Below, piece after piece: positions 63,604-64,000 of a DNA stretch of 64,000 nt (its first letter is position 1; the number at the start of each line of letters is the position of its first letter). The notes below the pieces were generated by a model, which was given only the letters and a program-made list of their open reading frames with translations, searched no databases and was not told where the DNA came from. This DNA comes from a virus. The stretch is from positions 1-64,000 of IMG/VR virus record IMGVR_UViG_3300023196_002944, one strand, 5' to 3'. The position numbers were made by a program, and so were the translations under genes.

Positions 63604-64000
63604 GGATGAGTTCCTTTTGTGAGAGTTGCACGATCTTGGCCTGTCGGATGGTGTCGGTCAGAGCGTGGTGTTTTGGCCCCTCTACTTGGGGGTTTGGACC
63701 GCCACCGTTGGGCCATGCTGCATCCTTGAGAGTGCGAAGGCTGCGGGGCTGATAGAACCTGAAGGGCCAGCGGGCTTTAACGGCGTGCATGTTGCAGCGA
63801 ATGATGGCGACATCGAAGTCAGGATCGTTTGCCCAGACATGCAGTACCTTGAATGGGAGGTTCGATAACCACATGGCGAAATTGTGCATGGCTACAGCGA
63901 GACTGGGTCCACCTTTTTCAATTTCAGCGCGTGCTTCGGTTGACTGTTCTTTCCACCACTTGATGGTGGACTCAGTTACACGCATGCCTTTGTCGATTCC
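63521..64000 (-). CDS. DEDDh 3'-5' exonuclease (Rv2179c/DUF5051-like), 5'-truncated
   Basis: TIKWW..Q, VWANDPDFDVAI, RSLRTL, HHALTDTIRQA; the first DxE motif lies beyond the window edge. Confidence 0.8.
   Translation of the reverse strand, partial: GIDKGMRVTESTIKWWKEQSTEARAEIEKGGPSLAVAMHNFAMWLSNLPFKVLHVWANDPDFDVAIIRCNMHAVKARWPFRFYQPRSLRTLKDAAWPNGGGPNPQVEGPKHHALTDTIRQAKIVQLSQKELIRVRAQAHLYQTLASQQKPTETTLAAAD

Noticed and set aside
1-64000. Stop-codon reassignment, tRNA genes, integrase/att site
   Set aside because: Standard-code ORFs tile both arms densely; no cloverleaf or recombinase motif was seen by eye.

Overview
The window is a contiguous piece of a tailed dsDNA bacteriophage genome, probably podovirus-like, and is truncated at both ends. 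A plus-strand late arm (1-45.2 kb) and a minus-strand early/replication arm (45.2-64 kb) converge on an intrinsic terminator near 45.2 kb. The late arm starts with small and large terminase. An unusual ~15.5 kb block of fibre/appendage and lysis genes follows, then a P22/933W-type portal, scaffold, N4-gp56/933W-type major capsid, adaptor/tail genes and a 3776-aa polyvalent virion protein (SNase-like, SLOG-like and two zincin domains). The early arm has many small genes, a HAD phosphatase, two PD-(D/E)XK nucleases, an SSB-like protein, an SNF2 helicase, an M20/M28 peptidase paired with a 739-aa protein, two AEP-type primases, an AT-rich iteron region (likely origin) and a 3'-5' exonuclease. I see no DNA polymerase, integrase, tRNA, CRISPR array or reverse transcriptase. 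The best candidate for an undescribed system is the appendage cluster. It holds three paralogous Thr/Ala/Val-rich 18/20-aa-repeat proteins of different lengths with a shared C-terminal motif, two paralogous adaptor-headed receptor-binding modules, and a small gene followed by its own terminator-like hairpin. Together these suggest modular, possibly ruler-templated, multi-tip filaments (inference). All family calls come from motif recognition by eye; no searches were run.
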